Source: Eledone cirrhosa (lineage: Eukaryota). Taken from it: a stretch of DNA of 64,000 nucleotides. The stretch covers positions 24,676,001-24,740,000 of the forward strand of contig OZ024760.1 of NCBI GenBank assembly GCA_964016885.1. The letters are read 5' to 3'. The position numbers and the translations under genes are program-made. Below are positions 30,764 to 45,816 of this stretch, piece after piece. Each line of letters starts with the position of its first letter. The first letter of the stretch is position 1. The notes below the pieces were generated by a model. The model was not told the DNA's origin, searched no databases, and saw only the letters and a list, made by a program, of their open reading frames with translations.

Positions 30764-30874
30764 GGATATGTGTTCCTTCACGCACAAGGCGCTAAGGGAC
30801 GCAACTATAGTAGGTAAAGTCAACATTTTTTAAAATTTATTCTGAAACTTTTTCATTATTTGCTAAACCTTGTT

Positions 30875-30910
<36 letters not shown>

Positions 30911-31242
30911 ACGAAGGAAATGTGGTAAGGAACCATGTGGACCATAACGCACCAAAGTACTCAATACTTAGGGTAGTAGAGTGGGTAATAGGAACGAATA
31001 GGACCCCGACGGCTGAGCTCAAGCCGTTTCGACGGCTAGTTGTGGACGTCTTAGATTGGAGCAAACGTCACGGGCGCTCTATCTCAAAATTATTTTTGAA
31101 AAGCATTAGAAATGCGCAACCTGTAAAACGTAAAACCAAAAACTGAATACTAACCAATACTATTACTAATTTCTACTTATTCCTAATTAAACTATTTTTC
31201 ACTGGGAACAATTTGGCAGCATTTTCTTTTCCTTTTACCAAT

Positions 31243-31797
31243 GTGTTGAACACACGAGCAACGATGGTTGCTGGACACTACGGCTTAATACGGGATGTTT
31301 GTTTACAAACACGCCGAGCATTGTAATGAATGTTCGGTGAATCCATACGTACATGTATATATGTGTGCATGTATGTATATATGTATACATACTACTCTGC
31401 GTCTGTATACATATATGTATGTGCGTGTACATACTTATATTTGAGTAACAGCCGTACTTGGAGTGGGAAATTAAATTTTGTTTCATTTTTTCCGTTTATC
31501 GTTTTCGGTGCACCCGGCCGATTAACCCAGTCAATATGCAAATTGGGCTACTCAGTCGTTAATATGCATGAGGTAAGTATATACGTTCAACATCTGGCAG
31601 GAAGGTATGCGTTGCTGACGATGGCTAGTAGGCTTGAAACTGGTATAGCGTTCCTTTGTCAGTGTTGAACAAACGAGCAACGATGGTTGCTGGACACTGC
31701 GGCTTAATACGGGATGTTTGTGCGTGTACATACTTATATTTGAGTAACAGCCGTACTTGGAGTGGGAAATGAAATTTTGTTTCATTTTTTCCGTTTA
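31243..31797 (+). mobile_element. PLE-like family E unit with terminal redundancy and hammerhead at 31610-31650
   Basis: 31243-31300 plus 31420-31498 recur at 31662-31797; cgttg-CTGACGA-tggctagtaggctt-GAAA-ctgg-TA-tagcg. Confidence 0.65.
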
Positions 31798-31821
31798 TAT
31801 ATATATATAAATAAATATATG

Positions 31822-31863
<42 letters not shown>

Positions 31864-32381
31864 GTGTGTGTGTATATGTGTGTATGGGTTTGTGCTTTGG
31901 ATCCCACAGGACCACGCTTGAAAGCTTCTCTCCAAGATGTCGATCACGGTGTCTTGATAGAAAGGTTACACCGGTCTCTTTTGTTTTCATTCAGTCATTC
32001 CTTTGCCAAGTGTTGCAGCTGCCTCGTCTTCACATCAAGATATTAAGGTTGCTTCCTTGAGTTGCAACCAAACACAGTCTTTTCTGTTTGTTTCTTGTAG
32101 TATTATAGTAGTAGTAGTTGTAGTAGTAGTAGTATTTGTAGTAGTAGTTGTAAGTAGTAGTAGTTGTAGTAGTTAGTAGTAGTAGAAGTTGTTGTAGTAG
32201 TTGTAGTAGTTGTAGTATTATAGTAGTAGTAGTAGTATTATAGTAGTAGTAGTAGTTGTAGTAGTAGTAGTATTATTGTAGTAGTAGTAATAGTAGTAGT
32301 AGTAGTAGTATTAGTAGTAGTAGTATTAGTAGTAGTAGTAGTAGAAGTGGCAGTAGTAGTAGTAGTATTAGTAGTAGTAGT

Positions 32382-32572
32382 AATAATTGTTTCTACTTTA
32401 GGCACAAGGCCAGCAATTACCCAGTGCATTACTGGTACTTTATTTTATCGACCCGTAAGGATGAAAGGCAAAGTCAACCTCGGCTGGATTTGAACTCAGA
32501 TCGTAACAGGGACGTAACTATGCTGGAAAGCATGGCGTCCGACCCTCTACCGATACTGCCAATCCACCGCCC
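32382..32572 (-). mobile_element. Full-length SINE family D in a (TAG)n tract
   Basis: Complete head, core and tail; (GTA)n on both flanks. Confidence 0.85.
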
Positions 32573-32809
32573 TAGTAGTAGTAGTAATAATAGTAGTAAT
32601 ATAGTAGTAGTTTCAGTAGTAGTAGTAGTAGTAGTAACATCAACAAAAACAACAATAACAACTCTAACATTCTGATCCTAAACAACAACAACAACAACAG
32701 CAGCAACGAGAACAACAACACAAATGATAATAAAACAAACTGCAATAATCCCACTGAATGATATTAAAATAACACAGGAAAAAATTGTATGTTGTTGATG
32801 GCGAATATA

Positions 32810-32981
<172 letters not shown>

Positions 32982-32983
32982 GC

Positions 32984-33015
<32 letters not shown>

Positions 33016-33038
33016 TAGTGTGTACATAAATATATATG

Positions 33039-33087
<49 letters not shown>

Positions 33088-33230
33088 TAGTGTGTACATA
33101 AATATATATGCATATATATATATATATGTATACATATAAATATATATTATACATATATATTATATATTATATATATATATATATTATATAGATAATAATA
33201 TATATATATATTATTATATATATATATTAT

Positions 33231-33291
<61 letters not shown>

Positions 33292-33457
33292 TGCACGCAT
33301 ATAGAACAAGAATGAAATTGTGAAATAAGAACTCACAACAACAACAATAGCAACTTCGACGACAAGAAATGAGATAGGGAAAAGAAGGAGGAGAATTAAG
33401 GAATATAGGAAATATGCGTGAGGGCCGGGAATAACTTGGCAAAACAGGATGTATGTT

Positions 33458-33669
<212 letters not shown>

Positions 33670-33674
33670 GTATA

Positions 33675-33715
<41 letters not shown>

Positions 33716-33780
33716 ATATATCTATATATCTATATATATGTGTATATATATGTATATATATGTGTATATATATGTATATA

Positions 33781-33851
<71 letters not shown>

Positions 33852-33852
33852 G

Positions 33853-34031
<179 letters not shown>

Positions 34032-34426
34032 CAGTAGGAATGTGTCTCTATGTGTGTGGGGGATATTTTAACATGTTGAAAAATTGGGAACAATTTGTCA
34101 GCATTTTCTTTTCCTTTTACCAATATATCACAACTCGTGTTTTACACCTCTATTCTTTTAAATATATATACATATATATATATATATTTATATTATATAT
34201 ATATATTATAAACATACATATATATAAATATATATATTAGCGTTTATACAATATCTGCATATTTATGAAATTGTATACATTATTTTTAAATAATGCGCAT
34301 AAACTTAACGCGCGTATACACCCACGATCTGATTATTATGGAAAAAATATAAACAAAATTGCTGCACTTGCAAACGCACACGTTCACACATATTTAAGTA
34401 TATATATATACGTATGTATGTATATA

Positions 34427-34529
<103 letters not shown>

Positions 34530-34535
34530 ATATTT

Positions 34536-34574
<39 letters not shown>

Positions 34575-34609
34575 AACACAATATATATATTACAACACAA
34601 CGGAAAATA

Positions 34610-34684
<75 letters not shown>

Positions 34685-35389
34685 TGTGTGTGTGTACATA
34701 TATATATATATATGTGTACGTATATATATATATATATGTTTATATATGTATGGATTAATCCATCCTTACACATGCATGTACATGCTTACGTCCACACAGA
34801 GAAAGATAGAGTAGCACAAATATATATACACACACAAACACACACACATATATATATACACATACAGACATACATACATATATACTAATATACACTCATA
34901 GAGTGACAGATGGATAGATGAAATGAGATACACAAATACATAGATAGTTAACTAAATGTATATATATAAAGAAGTATTTAACGAGGAGGTACACGGCCAT
35001 ATCTCAAGAATATTTACACAGAATTTCAATTTGATGTATTTACCATTTTTTTCTGTGTATATATTTTTGTAAACGATCGGCTGCTTTCTATGAATTTTAC
35101 TTCCATATTTCAAATTATATTCTTACCTTTCTTAAGTTCTTCTTTATTGCAAAGGTTCTGCGAGTTATTTGTTAGTTTAGTGTTGTTGTTACTGTTATTC
35201 TTACTGTTGTTGGTGGTGTTGGTGTTGGTGTTGTTTGTGGTGGTGGTGATGTTGTTGTTGGTGGTGGTGTTGGTGTTGGTGGTGGTGGTGCTGGTGGTAA
35301 TGTTGTTGTTGGTGGTGGTGGTGATGTTGGTGTTGGTGCTGGTGCTGACATTTTTGTTGTTGGTGGTGCTGGTGATGTTGTTGATGATG

Positions 35390-36912
35390 ATGTTGTTGTT
35401 GTTATTGATGATGTTGCTGTTTTTAGTGTTGTTGTTGTTACTGTCGTTGATGATGTTGCTGTTTTTATTGTTGTTGTTGTTATTGTTGTTGATGATGTTA
35501 CTGTTTTTATTGTTGTTGTTGTTACTGTTGTTGATGATGTTGCTGTTTTTATTGTTGTTGTTGTTACTGTTGTTGATGATGTTGCTGTTTTTATTGTTGT
35601 TGATGTTACTGTTGTTGATGATGTTGTTGTTTTTATTGTTGTTGATGTTACTGTTGTTGATGATGTGGCTGTTTTTATTGTTGTTGATGTTACTGTTGTT
35701 GATGATGTTGTTGTTTTTATTGTTGTTGATGTTACTGCTGTTGATGATGTTGCTGTTTTTATTGTTGTTGATGTTACTGTTGTTGGTGATGTTGCTGTTT
35801 TTATTGTTGTTGATATTACTGTTGTTGATGATGTTGTTGTCTTTATTGTTGTTGATGTTGCTGTTTTTATTGTTGTTGTTGTTACTGTTGTTGATGATGT
35901 TGCTGTTTTTATTGTTGTTGTTGTTACTGTTGTTGATGATGTTGCTGTTTTTATTGTTGTTGTTACTGTTGATGATGTTGTGTGTTTTTATAGTTTTTGA
36001 TGTTACTGTTGATGATGATGTTGCTGTTTTTATTGTTGTTGATGTTACTGTTGTTGATGATGTTGTTGTTTTTATTATTGTTGATGTTACTGTTGTTGAT
36101 GATGTTGCTGTTTTTATTGTTGTTGTTGTTATTGTTGTTGATGAGGTTGTTGTTTTTATAGTTTTTGATGTTACTGTTGTTGATGATGTTGCTGTTTTTA
36201 TTGTTGTTGATGTTACTGTTGTTGATGATGTTGCTGTTTTTATTGTTGTTGATGTTACTGTTGTTGATGATGTTGCTGTTTTTATTGTTGTTGATGTTAC
36301 TGTTGTTGATGATGTTGCTGTTGTTATTGTTGTTGATGTTACTGTTGTTGATGATGTTGCTGTTTTTATTGTTGTTGATGTTACTGTTGTTGATGATGTT
36401 GCTGTTTTTATTGTTGTTGATGTTACTGTTGTTGATGATGTTGCTGTTTTTATTGTTGTTGATGTTACTGTTGTTGGTGATGTTGTTGTTTTTATTGTTG
36501 TTGATGATGTTGGTGTTTTTATTGTTGTTCTTGTTACTGTTGTTGATGATGTTGCTGTTTTTATTGTTGTTGATGTTACTGTTGTTGATGATGTTGCTGT
36601 TTTTATTGTTGTTGATGTTACTGTTGTTGATGATGTTGCTGTTTTTATTGTTGTTCTTGTTACTGTTATTGATGATGTTGCTGTTTTTATTGTTGTTCTT
36701 GTTACTGTTATTGATGATGTTGCTGTTTTTATTGCTTTTGATGTTACTGTTGTTGATGTTGCTGTTTTTATTGTTGTTCTTGTTACTGTTATTGATGATG
36801 TTGCTGTTTTTATTGCTTTTGATGTTACTGTTGTTGATGATGTTGCTGTTTTTATTGTTGTTGATGATGTTGCTGTTTTTATTGTTGTTGTTGATGTTGC
36901 TGTTTTTATTGT
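35390..36912. repeat. 42-bp minisatellite built from GTT/GAT triplets
   Basis: Unit gatgatgttgctgtttttattgttgttgatgttactgttgtt. Confidence 0.9.
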
Positions 36913-37050
36913 TGGTACTTTATTTTATCGACCCCTTAAGGATGAAAGGCAAAGTTAACCTCGGCGGGATTTGAACTCAGATCGTAAAGGGACGTAACAA
37001 TGCTTGAAAGCATGGCGTCCAACCCTCTACTGATACTGCCAATCCACCGC
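36913..37050 (-). mobile_element. SINE family D lacking its 3' tail
   Basis: Matches 32434-32570. Confidence 0.8.
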
Positions 37051-37195
37051 AATGATGATGCTGGTTTTATTCATAACACCACGTATCTCTTTCTTTTCCC
37101 TCCCTTAATGTCGTTGTCGATAACATACACCAAAAAAATTGCTTTACAGAAAATCTCTTCAATAAACTATTTTCTTTTATTTTCTTGTTTTTTCT

Positions 37196-37288
37196 TTTGT
37201 TTGCTGTTTTGTTTGCTGTTTTGTTTGCTGTTTTGTTTGCTGTTTTGTTTGCTGTTTTGTTTCCTGTTTTGTTTGCTGTTTTGTTTGC
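37196..37288. repeat. 12-bp tandem repeat (ttttgtttgctg) x7
   Basis: Direct reading. Confidence 0.9.
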
Positions 37289-37359
37289 CATTTCGTGTGG
37301 TATAGAAATATTGAATAGGGAGAAGATCAATTTGAAGTATTGAATTTGAAGATCTATCG

Positions 37360-40300
37360 TATGTATGTTTGTGTGAATGTATGTATGTATGTGTGTATGT
37401 ATGTATGTGTGAATGTATGTATGGATGTGTGTATGTATATGTGTGTGTATGTATCTATGTGTGTGTGTGTGTGTACGTAAATATGTAATGTGTGTGATGT
37501 ATGTGTGTGTGAATGTATGTATGTTTGTGTGTATGTATGTTTGTATGAATGTATGTATGGGTGTGTGTATGCATGTGTGTGTATGTATGTGTGTATGTAT
37601 GTGTGTGTGTATGTACGTATGTAATGTGTGTGTGTATGTGTGTGTGAATGTATGTATGTTTGTGTGGATGTATGTATGTGTGAATGTATGTATGGGTGTG
37701 TATGCATGTATGTGTGTATGTATGTATGTGCGTATGTGTGTGTATGTGTGTACGTAAGTATGTAATGTGTATGTGTATGTATGTATGTGTGAATGTATGT
37801 ATGGGTGTGTGTATGCATGTGTGTGTGTATGTATGTGTGTATGTATGTGTGTGTGTACGTAAGTATGTAATGTGTGTGTGTGTGAATGTATGTATGTATG
37901 TTTGTGTGCATGTATGTATATGTGAATGTATGTATGTGTGTGTGTATGCATGTGTGTGTATGTATGTGTGTATGTGTGTGTGTGTGTACGTAAGTATGTA
38001 ATGTAATGTGTATGTGTGTGTGTGTACGTAAGTATGTAATGTGTATGTGTGTATGTATGTGTATGTGAATGTATGTATGTATGTGTGAATGTATGTATGG
38101 GTGTGTGTATGCATGTGTATGCATGTGTGTGTATGTATGTGTGTATGGGTGTGTATGGGTGTGTGTATGCATGTGTATGCATGTGTGTGTATGTATGTGT
38201 GTATGTATGTATGTGTGAATGTATGTATGGATGTGTGTATGTATATGTGTGTGTATGTGTGTATGTATCTATGTGTGTGTGTGTGTGTGTACGTAAATAT
38301 GTAATGTGTGTGATGTATGTGTGTGTGAATGTATGTATGTTTGTGTGTATGTATGTTTGTATGAATGTATGTATGGCTGTGTGTATGCATGTGTGTGTAT
38401 GTATGTGTGTATGTATGTGTGTGTGTATGTACGTATGTAATGTGTGTGTGTATGTGTGTGTGAATGTATGTATGTTTGTGTGGATGTATGTATGTGTGAA
38501 TGTATGTATGGGTGTGTATGCATGTATGTGTGTATGTATGTATGTGCGTATGTGTGTGTATGTGTGTACGTAAGTATGTAATGTGTATGTGTATGTATGT
38601 ATGTGTGAATGTATGTATGGGTGTGTGTATGCATGTGTGTGTGTATGTATGTGTGTATGTATGTGTGTGTGTACGTAAGTATGTAATGTGTGTGTGTGTG
38701 AATGTATGTATGTATGTTTGTGTGCATGTATGTATATGTGAATGTATGTATGTGTGTGTGTATGCATGTGTGTGTATGTATGTGTGTATGTGTGTGTGTG
38801 TGTACGTAAGTATGTAATGTAATGTGTATGTGTGTGTGTGTACGTAAGTATGTAATGTGTATGTGTGTATGTATGTGTATGTGAATGTATGTATGTATGT
38901 GTGAATGTATGTATGGGTGTGTGTATGCATGTGTATGCATGTGTGTGTATGTATGTGTGTATGGGTGTGTATGGGTGTGTGTATGCATGTGTATGCATGT
39001 GTGTGTATGTATGTGTGTATGTATGTATGTGTGAATGTATGTATGGATGTGTGTATGTATATGTGTGTGTATGTGTGTATGTATCTATGTGTGTGTGTGT
39101 GTGTGTACGTAAATATGTAATGTGTGTGATGTATGTGTGTGTGAATGTATGTATGTTTGTGTGTATGTATGTTTGTATGAATGTATGTATGGGTGTGTGT
39201 ATGCATGTGTGTGTATGTATGTGTGTATGTATGTGTGTGTGTATGTACGTATGTAATGTGTGTGTGTATGTGTGTGTGAATGTATGTATGTATGTTTGTG
39301 TGGATGTATGTATGTGTGAATGTATGTATGGGTGTGTATGCATGTATGTGTGTATGTATGTACGTGCGTATGTGTGTGTATGTGTGTACGTAAGTATGTA
39401 ATGTGTATGTGTATGTATGTATGTGTGAATGTATGTATGGGTGTGTGTATGCATGTGTGTGTGTATGTATGCGTGTATGTATGTGTGTGTGTACGTAAGT
39501 ATGTAATGTGTGTGTGTGTGAATGTATGTATGTATGTTTGTGTGCATGTATGTATATGTGAATGTATGTATGTGTGTGTGTATGCATGTGTGTGTGTATG
39601 TATGTGTGTATGTGTGTGTGTGTGTACGTAAGTATGTAATGTAATGTGTATGTGTGTGTGTGTACGTAAGCATGTAATGTGTATGTGTGTATGTATGTGT
39701 ATGTGAATGTATGTATGTATGTGTGAATGTATGTATGGGTGTGTATGCATGTGTATGCATGTGTGTGTATGTATGTGTGTATGTATGTGTGTGTGTGTGT
39801 ATGTACGTAAGTATGTAATGTGTGTGTGTGTATGTGTGTCTGAATGTATGTATGTATGTATGTTTGTGTGCATGTATGTATGTGTGAATGTATGTATGGG
39901 TGTGTGTATGCACGTGTGTGTGCATGTATGTGTGTATGTGTGTGTGTGTGTGTATGTATGTTTGTATGAATGTATGTATGGGTATGTGTATGCATGTGTG
40001 TGTATGTATGTGTGTATGTATGTGTGTGTGTGTGTATGTACGTAAGTATGTAATGTATGTGTGTATGTGTGTGTGAATATATGTATGTATGTTTGTGTGT
40101 ATGCATGTATGTGTGAATGTATGTATAGGTGTGTGTATGCATGTGTGTGTGTATGTATGTGTGTGTGTATGTATGTGTGTGTGTATGTACGTAAGTATGT
40201 AATGTGTGTGTGTATGTGTGTGTGAATGTATGTATGTATGTGTGAATGTATGTATGGGTGTGTGTATGCATGTGTATGCATGTGTGTGTATGTATGTGTG

Positions 40301-40885
40301 TATGTATGTGTGTGTGTGTGTATGTACGTATGTATGTAATGTGTGTGTGTGTATGTGTGTGTGAATGTATGTATGTATGTATGTATGTATGTATGTATGT
40401 ATGTTTGTGTGCATGTATGTATGTGTGAATGTATGTATGGGTGTGTGTATGCATGTGTGTGTATGTATGTGTGTATGTATGTGTGTGTGTATGCACGTAA
40501 GTATGTAATGTATGTGTGTATGTGTGTGTGAATATATGTATGTATGTTTGTGTGTATGCATGTATGTGTGAATGTATGTATGGGTGTGTGTAAGCATGTG
40601 TGTGTATATGTATGTGTGTGTGTATGGGTGTGTGTGTATGTAGGTAAGTATGTAATGTGTGTGTGTATGTGTGTGTGAATATATGTATGTATGTTTGTGT
40701 GTATGCATGTATGTGTGAATGTATTTATAGGTGTGTGTATGCATGTGTGTGTGTGTATGTATGTGTGTGTGTATGGGTGTGTGTGTATGTGTGTGTGAAT
40801 GTATGTATGTATGTGTGTGTGTATGTATGTATGTATGTATGTATGTATGTATGTATGTGGGTATGTATGTGTGTATGTATGTATG

Positions 40886-40915
<30 letters not shown>
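37360..40915. repeat. Compound (TG)/(TATG) array with ~816-bp higher-order repeat
   Basis: Identical ORF translations at 37684/38500 and 38049/38865, with a third variant at 39320. Confidence 0.9.
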
Positions 40916-40916
<1 letters not shown>

Positions 40917-40917
40917 G

Positions 40918-41372
40918 TTGTTCTGGTTTTATAATATCACAATATTTTACCAATATAGAGAGAGTCGGTTTCTAACATAGACACAAGACTCTCTCATTGG
41001 AACTTACACAACATCAACTAGGTAGATATGTATGTATGCATGCATGTGTAGATATGGATGTTATTGTATGTGTTGATGTGTATGTTTTGAGTTGTATGTG
41101 TGCATGTGTATATGCTTTGTATCTGTACATGTGTATATGCAGTTATTAGATGCAACATTTTTGGAATGTTTTACATATTTTTACTGTTCCATTAATGGAT
41201 TGTACTTGTAATTTCCTAACTAGTTGTGTTCTTTCTGTTCCTGTGAAGCCTAGCTTCGCAAGATTTGTATTGAGGCAGTTACTAACATACCCCAGTACCC
41301 CAATAATCACAGGCATAAATCTGAAGGTGTAATCAGGGTGGAGTATCTGCAGATTTCTCATCAGTTCTGCAT
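40918..41372 (-). mobile_element. 5'-truncated RLE LINE family 2
   Basis: MRNLQILHPDYTFRFMPVIIGVLG..KICKTFQKCCI*; 3' UTR ends in (CATA)n. Confidence 0.85.
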
Positions 41373-41644
41373 ATGTATGTGTGTATCTATGTATGTTCCG
41401 TGTGTGAATGTATGTAATGATGTAAGTATGTATGTGTGTGTGTATGTATGCGTGTGTGAATGTATGTATGGGTGTGTGTATGCATGCCTGTATGTATGCA
41501 TGTGTGTATGTATGTATGCATGTGTGTGTGTACGTAAGTATGTATGTGTGTGTGTAAATGTATGTATGTATGTATGTATGTGTGTGTGTATGTATGTATA
41601 TTTATGTATATGTGTGTATGAATGTATGTGTGCATGTATGTACG

Positions 41645-41960
41645 CTATAAAGCAAACACACCAAATTGCTTGAGCGTTTTCAGCAGAAATGTTTTAGGCA
41701 CATATGCAACATCAAGTGGCAAGACAGAACTTCTGACATCCATGTTCTTATCAAAGTGCTCACAGTCTTGATAAAGTCATCGGTAGGTGGACATCCAATA
41801 TCTGTCAGTGTGTACTCCTCTCAAAAGTTGAAGTCACATGAAAGGATAACCAGCCGCAACACCACTCAGAAATGACCTGGTGAAATAATGTGCGTGGTAT
41901 GCAACAATGTGTGTCGAACTAGTTTCGGACTAAAAAACAACACATGTGTTACATAAAGAT
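41645..41960 (+). mobile_element. RTE-clade LINE 3' fragment with internal deletions
   Basis: LLERFQQKCFRHICNIKWQDR..VL and a terminal CVVCNNVCRTSFGLK zinc-finger-like motif. Confidence 0.7.
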
Positions 41961-43975
41961 TGTGACCCCACCGGTCCTGTAGAAAGCACAACTCTCTTCT
42001 GTCACCCGTGTCGTAAGCCATCCAGATCTACAGCTGGCCTACAAAGTCATCTATGAAGTGTCACATGGTGACCCCACCGGTCCTGTGGAAAGCACAACTC
42101 TCTTCTGTCACCCGTGTCGTAAACCATCCAGATCTACAGCTGGTCTACAAAGTCCTCTATTAAATCCCACATGGTGACCCCACCCTTCCTGTGGAAAACA
42201 CAACTATCTTCTGTCACCCGTGTCGTAAACCATCCAGATCTACAGCTAGTCTACAAAGTCCTCTATTAAATCCCACATGGTGACCCCACCGGTCCTGTGG
42301 AAAACACAACTCTCTTCTGTCACCCGTGTCGTAAACCATCCAGATCTACAGCTGGTCTACAAAGTCCTCTATTAAATCACACATGGTGACCCCACCCGTT
42401 CTGTGGAAGGCACAACTCTCTTATGTCACCCGTGTCGTAAACCGTATAGATCTACAGCTGGCCTACAAAGTCCTCAATGACGTCATGTACACAGATGGAA
42501 TGATAACGAAGAATCAAAAAGAGACAGAAATCGTCTGTAAAGATGCTGCAATCCTTATGTATGTCTTCCTACATATATATATATAGTAATTGTTTCTACT
42601 TTAGGCACAAGGCCAGCAATTACCCAGTGCATTACTGGTACTTTATTTTATCGACCTCGTAAGGATGAAAGGCAAAGTCAACCTCGGCGGGATTTGAACT
42701 CAGATCGTAAAGGGACGTAACTATGCTGGAAAGCATGGCGTCCGACCCTCTACCGATACTGCCAATCCACCTGGCTAAATAATGTGCGTGGTATGCAACA
42801 ATGTGTGTAGAACAAGTTTCGGACTAAAAAACAACACATGTGTTACATAAAGATTGTGACCCACAGGGTGACCCCACCGGTCCTGTAGAAAGCACAACTC
42901 TCTTCTGTCACCCGTGTCGTAAGCCATCCAGATCTACAGCTGGCCTACAAAGTCATCTATGAAGTGTCACATGGTGACCCCACCGGTCTTGTGGAAAGCA
43001 CAACTCTCTTCTGTCACACGTGTCGTAAACCATCCAGATCTACAGCTGGTCTACAAAGTCCTGTATTAAATCCCACATGGTGACCCCACTCGTCCTGTGG
43101 AAAGCACAACTCTCTTATGTCACCCGTGTCATAAACCGTATAGATCTACAGCTGGCCTACAAAGTCCTCAATGACGTCATGTACACAGATGGAATGATAA
43201 CGAAGAATCAAAAAGAGACAGAAATCGTCTGTAAAGATGCTGCAATCCTTATGTATGTCTTCCTACATATATATATATAGTAATTGTTTCTACTTTAGGC
43301 ACAAGGCCAGCAATTACCCAGTGCATTACTGGTACTTTATTTTATCGACCTCGTAAGGATGAAAGGCAAAGTCAACCTCGGCGGGATTTGAACTCAGATC
43401 GTAAAGGGACGTAACTATGCTGGAAAGCATGGCGTCCGACCCTCTACCGATACTGCCAATCAACCTGGCTAAATAATGTGCGTGGTATGCAACAATGTGT
43501 GTAGAACAAGTTTCGGACTAAAAAACAACACATGTGTTACATAAAGATTGTGACCCACAGGGTGACCCCACCGGTCCTGTAGAAAGCACAACTCTCTTCT
43601 GTCACCCGTGTCGTAAGCCATCCAGATCTACAGCTGGCCTACAAAGTCATCTATGAAGTGTCACATGGTGACCCCACCGGTCTTGTGGAAAGCACAACTC
43701 TCTTCTGTCACACGTGTCGTAAACCATCCAGATCTACAGCTGGTCTACAAAGTCCTGTATTAAATCCCACATGGTGACCCCACTCGTCCTGTGGAAAGCA
43801 CAACTCTCTTATGTCACCCGTGTCATAAACCGTATAGATCTACAGCTGGCCTACAAAGTCCTCAATGACGTCATGTACACAGATGGAATGATAACGAAGA
43901 ATCAATAAGAGACAGCAATCGTCTGTAAAGATGGTGCAATCCTTATGTATGTCTTCCTACATATATATATATAGT
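41876..43975. repeat. ~694-bp higher-order tandem x3: RTE end + 106-bp subrepeats + SINE D
   Basis: 42383/43077/43771 spacing of 694; gtgacccc anchors at 41962, 42068, 42174, 42280 and 42386; SINE D at 42586-42771 and 43280-43465 (minus). Confidence 0.9.
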
Positions 43976-44048
43976 AATAATAAGTGTGAAGACTAAAAGG
44001 GTGAAAGCGGTGTATCATTACTTAAACTTTAATCTGTTCTGATAATAA

Positions 44049-44100
<52 letters not shown>

Positions 44101-44346
44101 CAAGCTTCTACATAAATTGGTATAATTTCACCCAACTTGTAGAAATCTTATAGTGAAACGAGACGTCCGTCTGGGAAGAGATATATTTGATATATCTCAT
44201 ATGAAATGATACAGCCAATTTTCCACACAATACAATTAGTTAGCACCCCGAACGTTTAATTAGGAATATACTCAGGTATTTCCTAATGTTTGTTGAGTGA
44301 GTTGGAATTTGGCCGGAGTATCGCCATTTAGCTTTCTCCGATTATG

Positions 44347-44405
<59 letters not shown>

Positions 44406-45539
44406 TTAAGGATACTATTTATGGTTATGTATATACTAAAACTTTTATAGTTATATATATTTTAAACCCTAAACAGTGAAAGACAGTAATTTATTACTAC
44501 CTTATTACCAGTAAGATAAATAGCTCAATGTAATAACATCAGTTGTTCTACAGAGCAGTTATATAGAAATCACATGAATCAAAGTTCTTCTATATATATA
44601 TATATACAAATTTTAGTACAGCATCAACGAAACTTTTGGCGGCAGCCAAGCTAACGAATGCAGATTCGGAATGCAGCTTAGCACTCCATGGAGAATATTA
44701 TCCCAGAGTTATAACAATACGTTTAGACAGCTTTGCAAATAAAATATAGCGACCGACAGTCTGGCTGCATTGCCATAGCAACGAAAAAAAATTGAACTCA
44801 GGAAACCGGATGTGTGCGTGTGCGTCTGTGTGCGTCTGTGTGTGCGTGCGTGCGCGTATATCTATCTATCTATCTAGCCATCTCTTTATATATCTAGTTG
44901 TGATGAGCAAATGTAAGGAATACTCATTACAATCTTCTACCACAATACAATATATATATTTTATTTCATTAAATATGTTCATTCCTCCAGTATAATCGGA
45001 AATCTGTACCGGCTGGTGGCGTTCTCATATCATGAACAAATCCTTTAAAATCATCCTTATATATTTCAGTAGTAAATATTGTATTGATTTGTAGGTATTC
45101 ATGTCGTTGTTCACGATATTTTCCACGAAATATTTATTATTGTTTTACATATATATGTAATATATCAAATATCTGGCGAGATAATGTGGTACTTAAGAGG
45201 AGAACTGAGGTGATATTTTTTGTTCCATTTTATATATTTAAGAAACAATTTGATATTTCTCATGCTTCATACATAGATTAAATCTTTATTTAATTGTTGC
45301 CATTCAGCTAAGGAAACTATCACTAGATGCTTCCTTCGTGCATATTGATAATATATTTCAAGACTTTTATTAAATGAATATACATATATATATGTGTGTG
45401 TGTGTGTGTATGTGTGTATATGTATATGTATATAAATAAATATATATGCATATATACATATATATACACACACTCACACATATATACTCACACATATATA
45501 CACACACACAGATATATAAAAATATATATATATGAAGTC

Positions 45540-45816
45540 TAAAGTCTGTCTTAAGCCAGAAGGCTCATTTGGCCGGTACTTATCCCGGTTCCATGGTGTG
45601 GAGCGACTGAGAGTTCAAAACTCCCCCCCTGGACAGGACGCCAGTCCATCACAGGGTTAAACCCCCAGCTATTACTGGTACTCCTTTTTCAGTTGAGTAT
45701 ACTGGAGCAAACTGAATTGAAGTGTTTTGCTCAAGAACACAACACGCAACCCAGGAATCGAAGCCACGACATTATGATCGTAAGTCCAACACTCTTAACA
45801 CGAGGCCACATGCCTC
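45540..45816 (-). mobile_element. tRNA-derived SINE with Meta/V-like core
   Basis: Reverse complement: tRNA-like head, ttcttgagcaaaacact, gatggactggcgtcctgtccagggggg..aaccgggataag. Confidence 0.7.

Noticed and set aside
35090-36974. 622-aa hydrophobic ORF
   Set aside because: Reading of a triplet-based 42-bp minisatellite
37067-40953. Very long ORFs (1225, 1013 and 622 aa)
   Set aside because: H/T/Y/I-only translations of TG/TATG repeats, open in several frames
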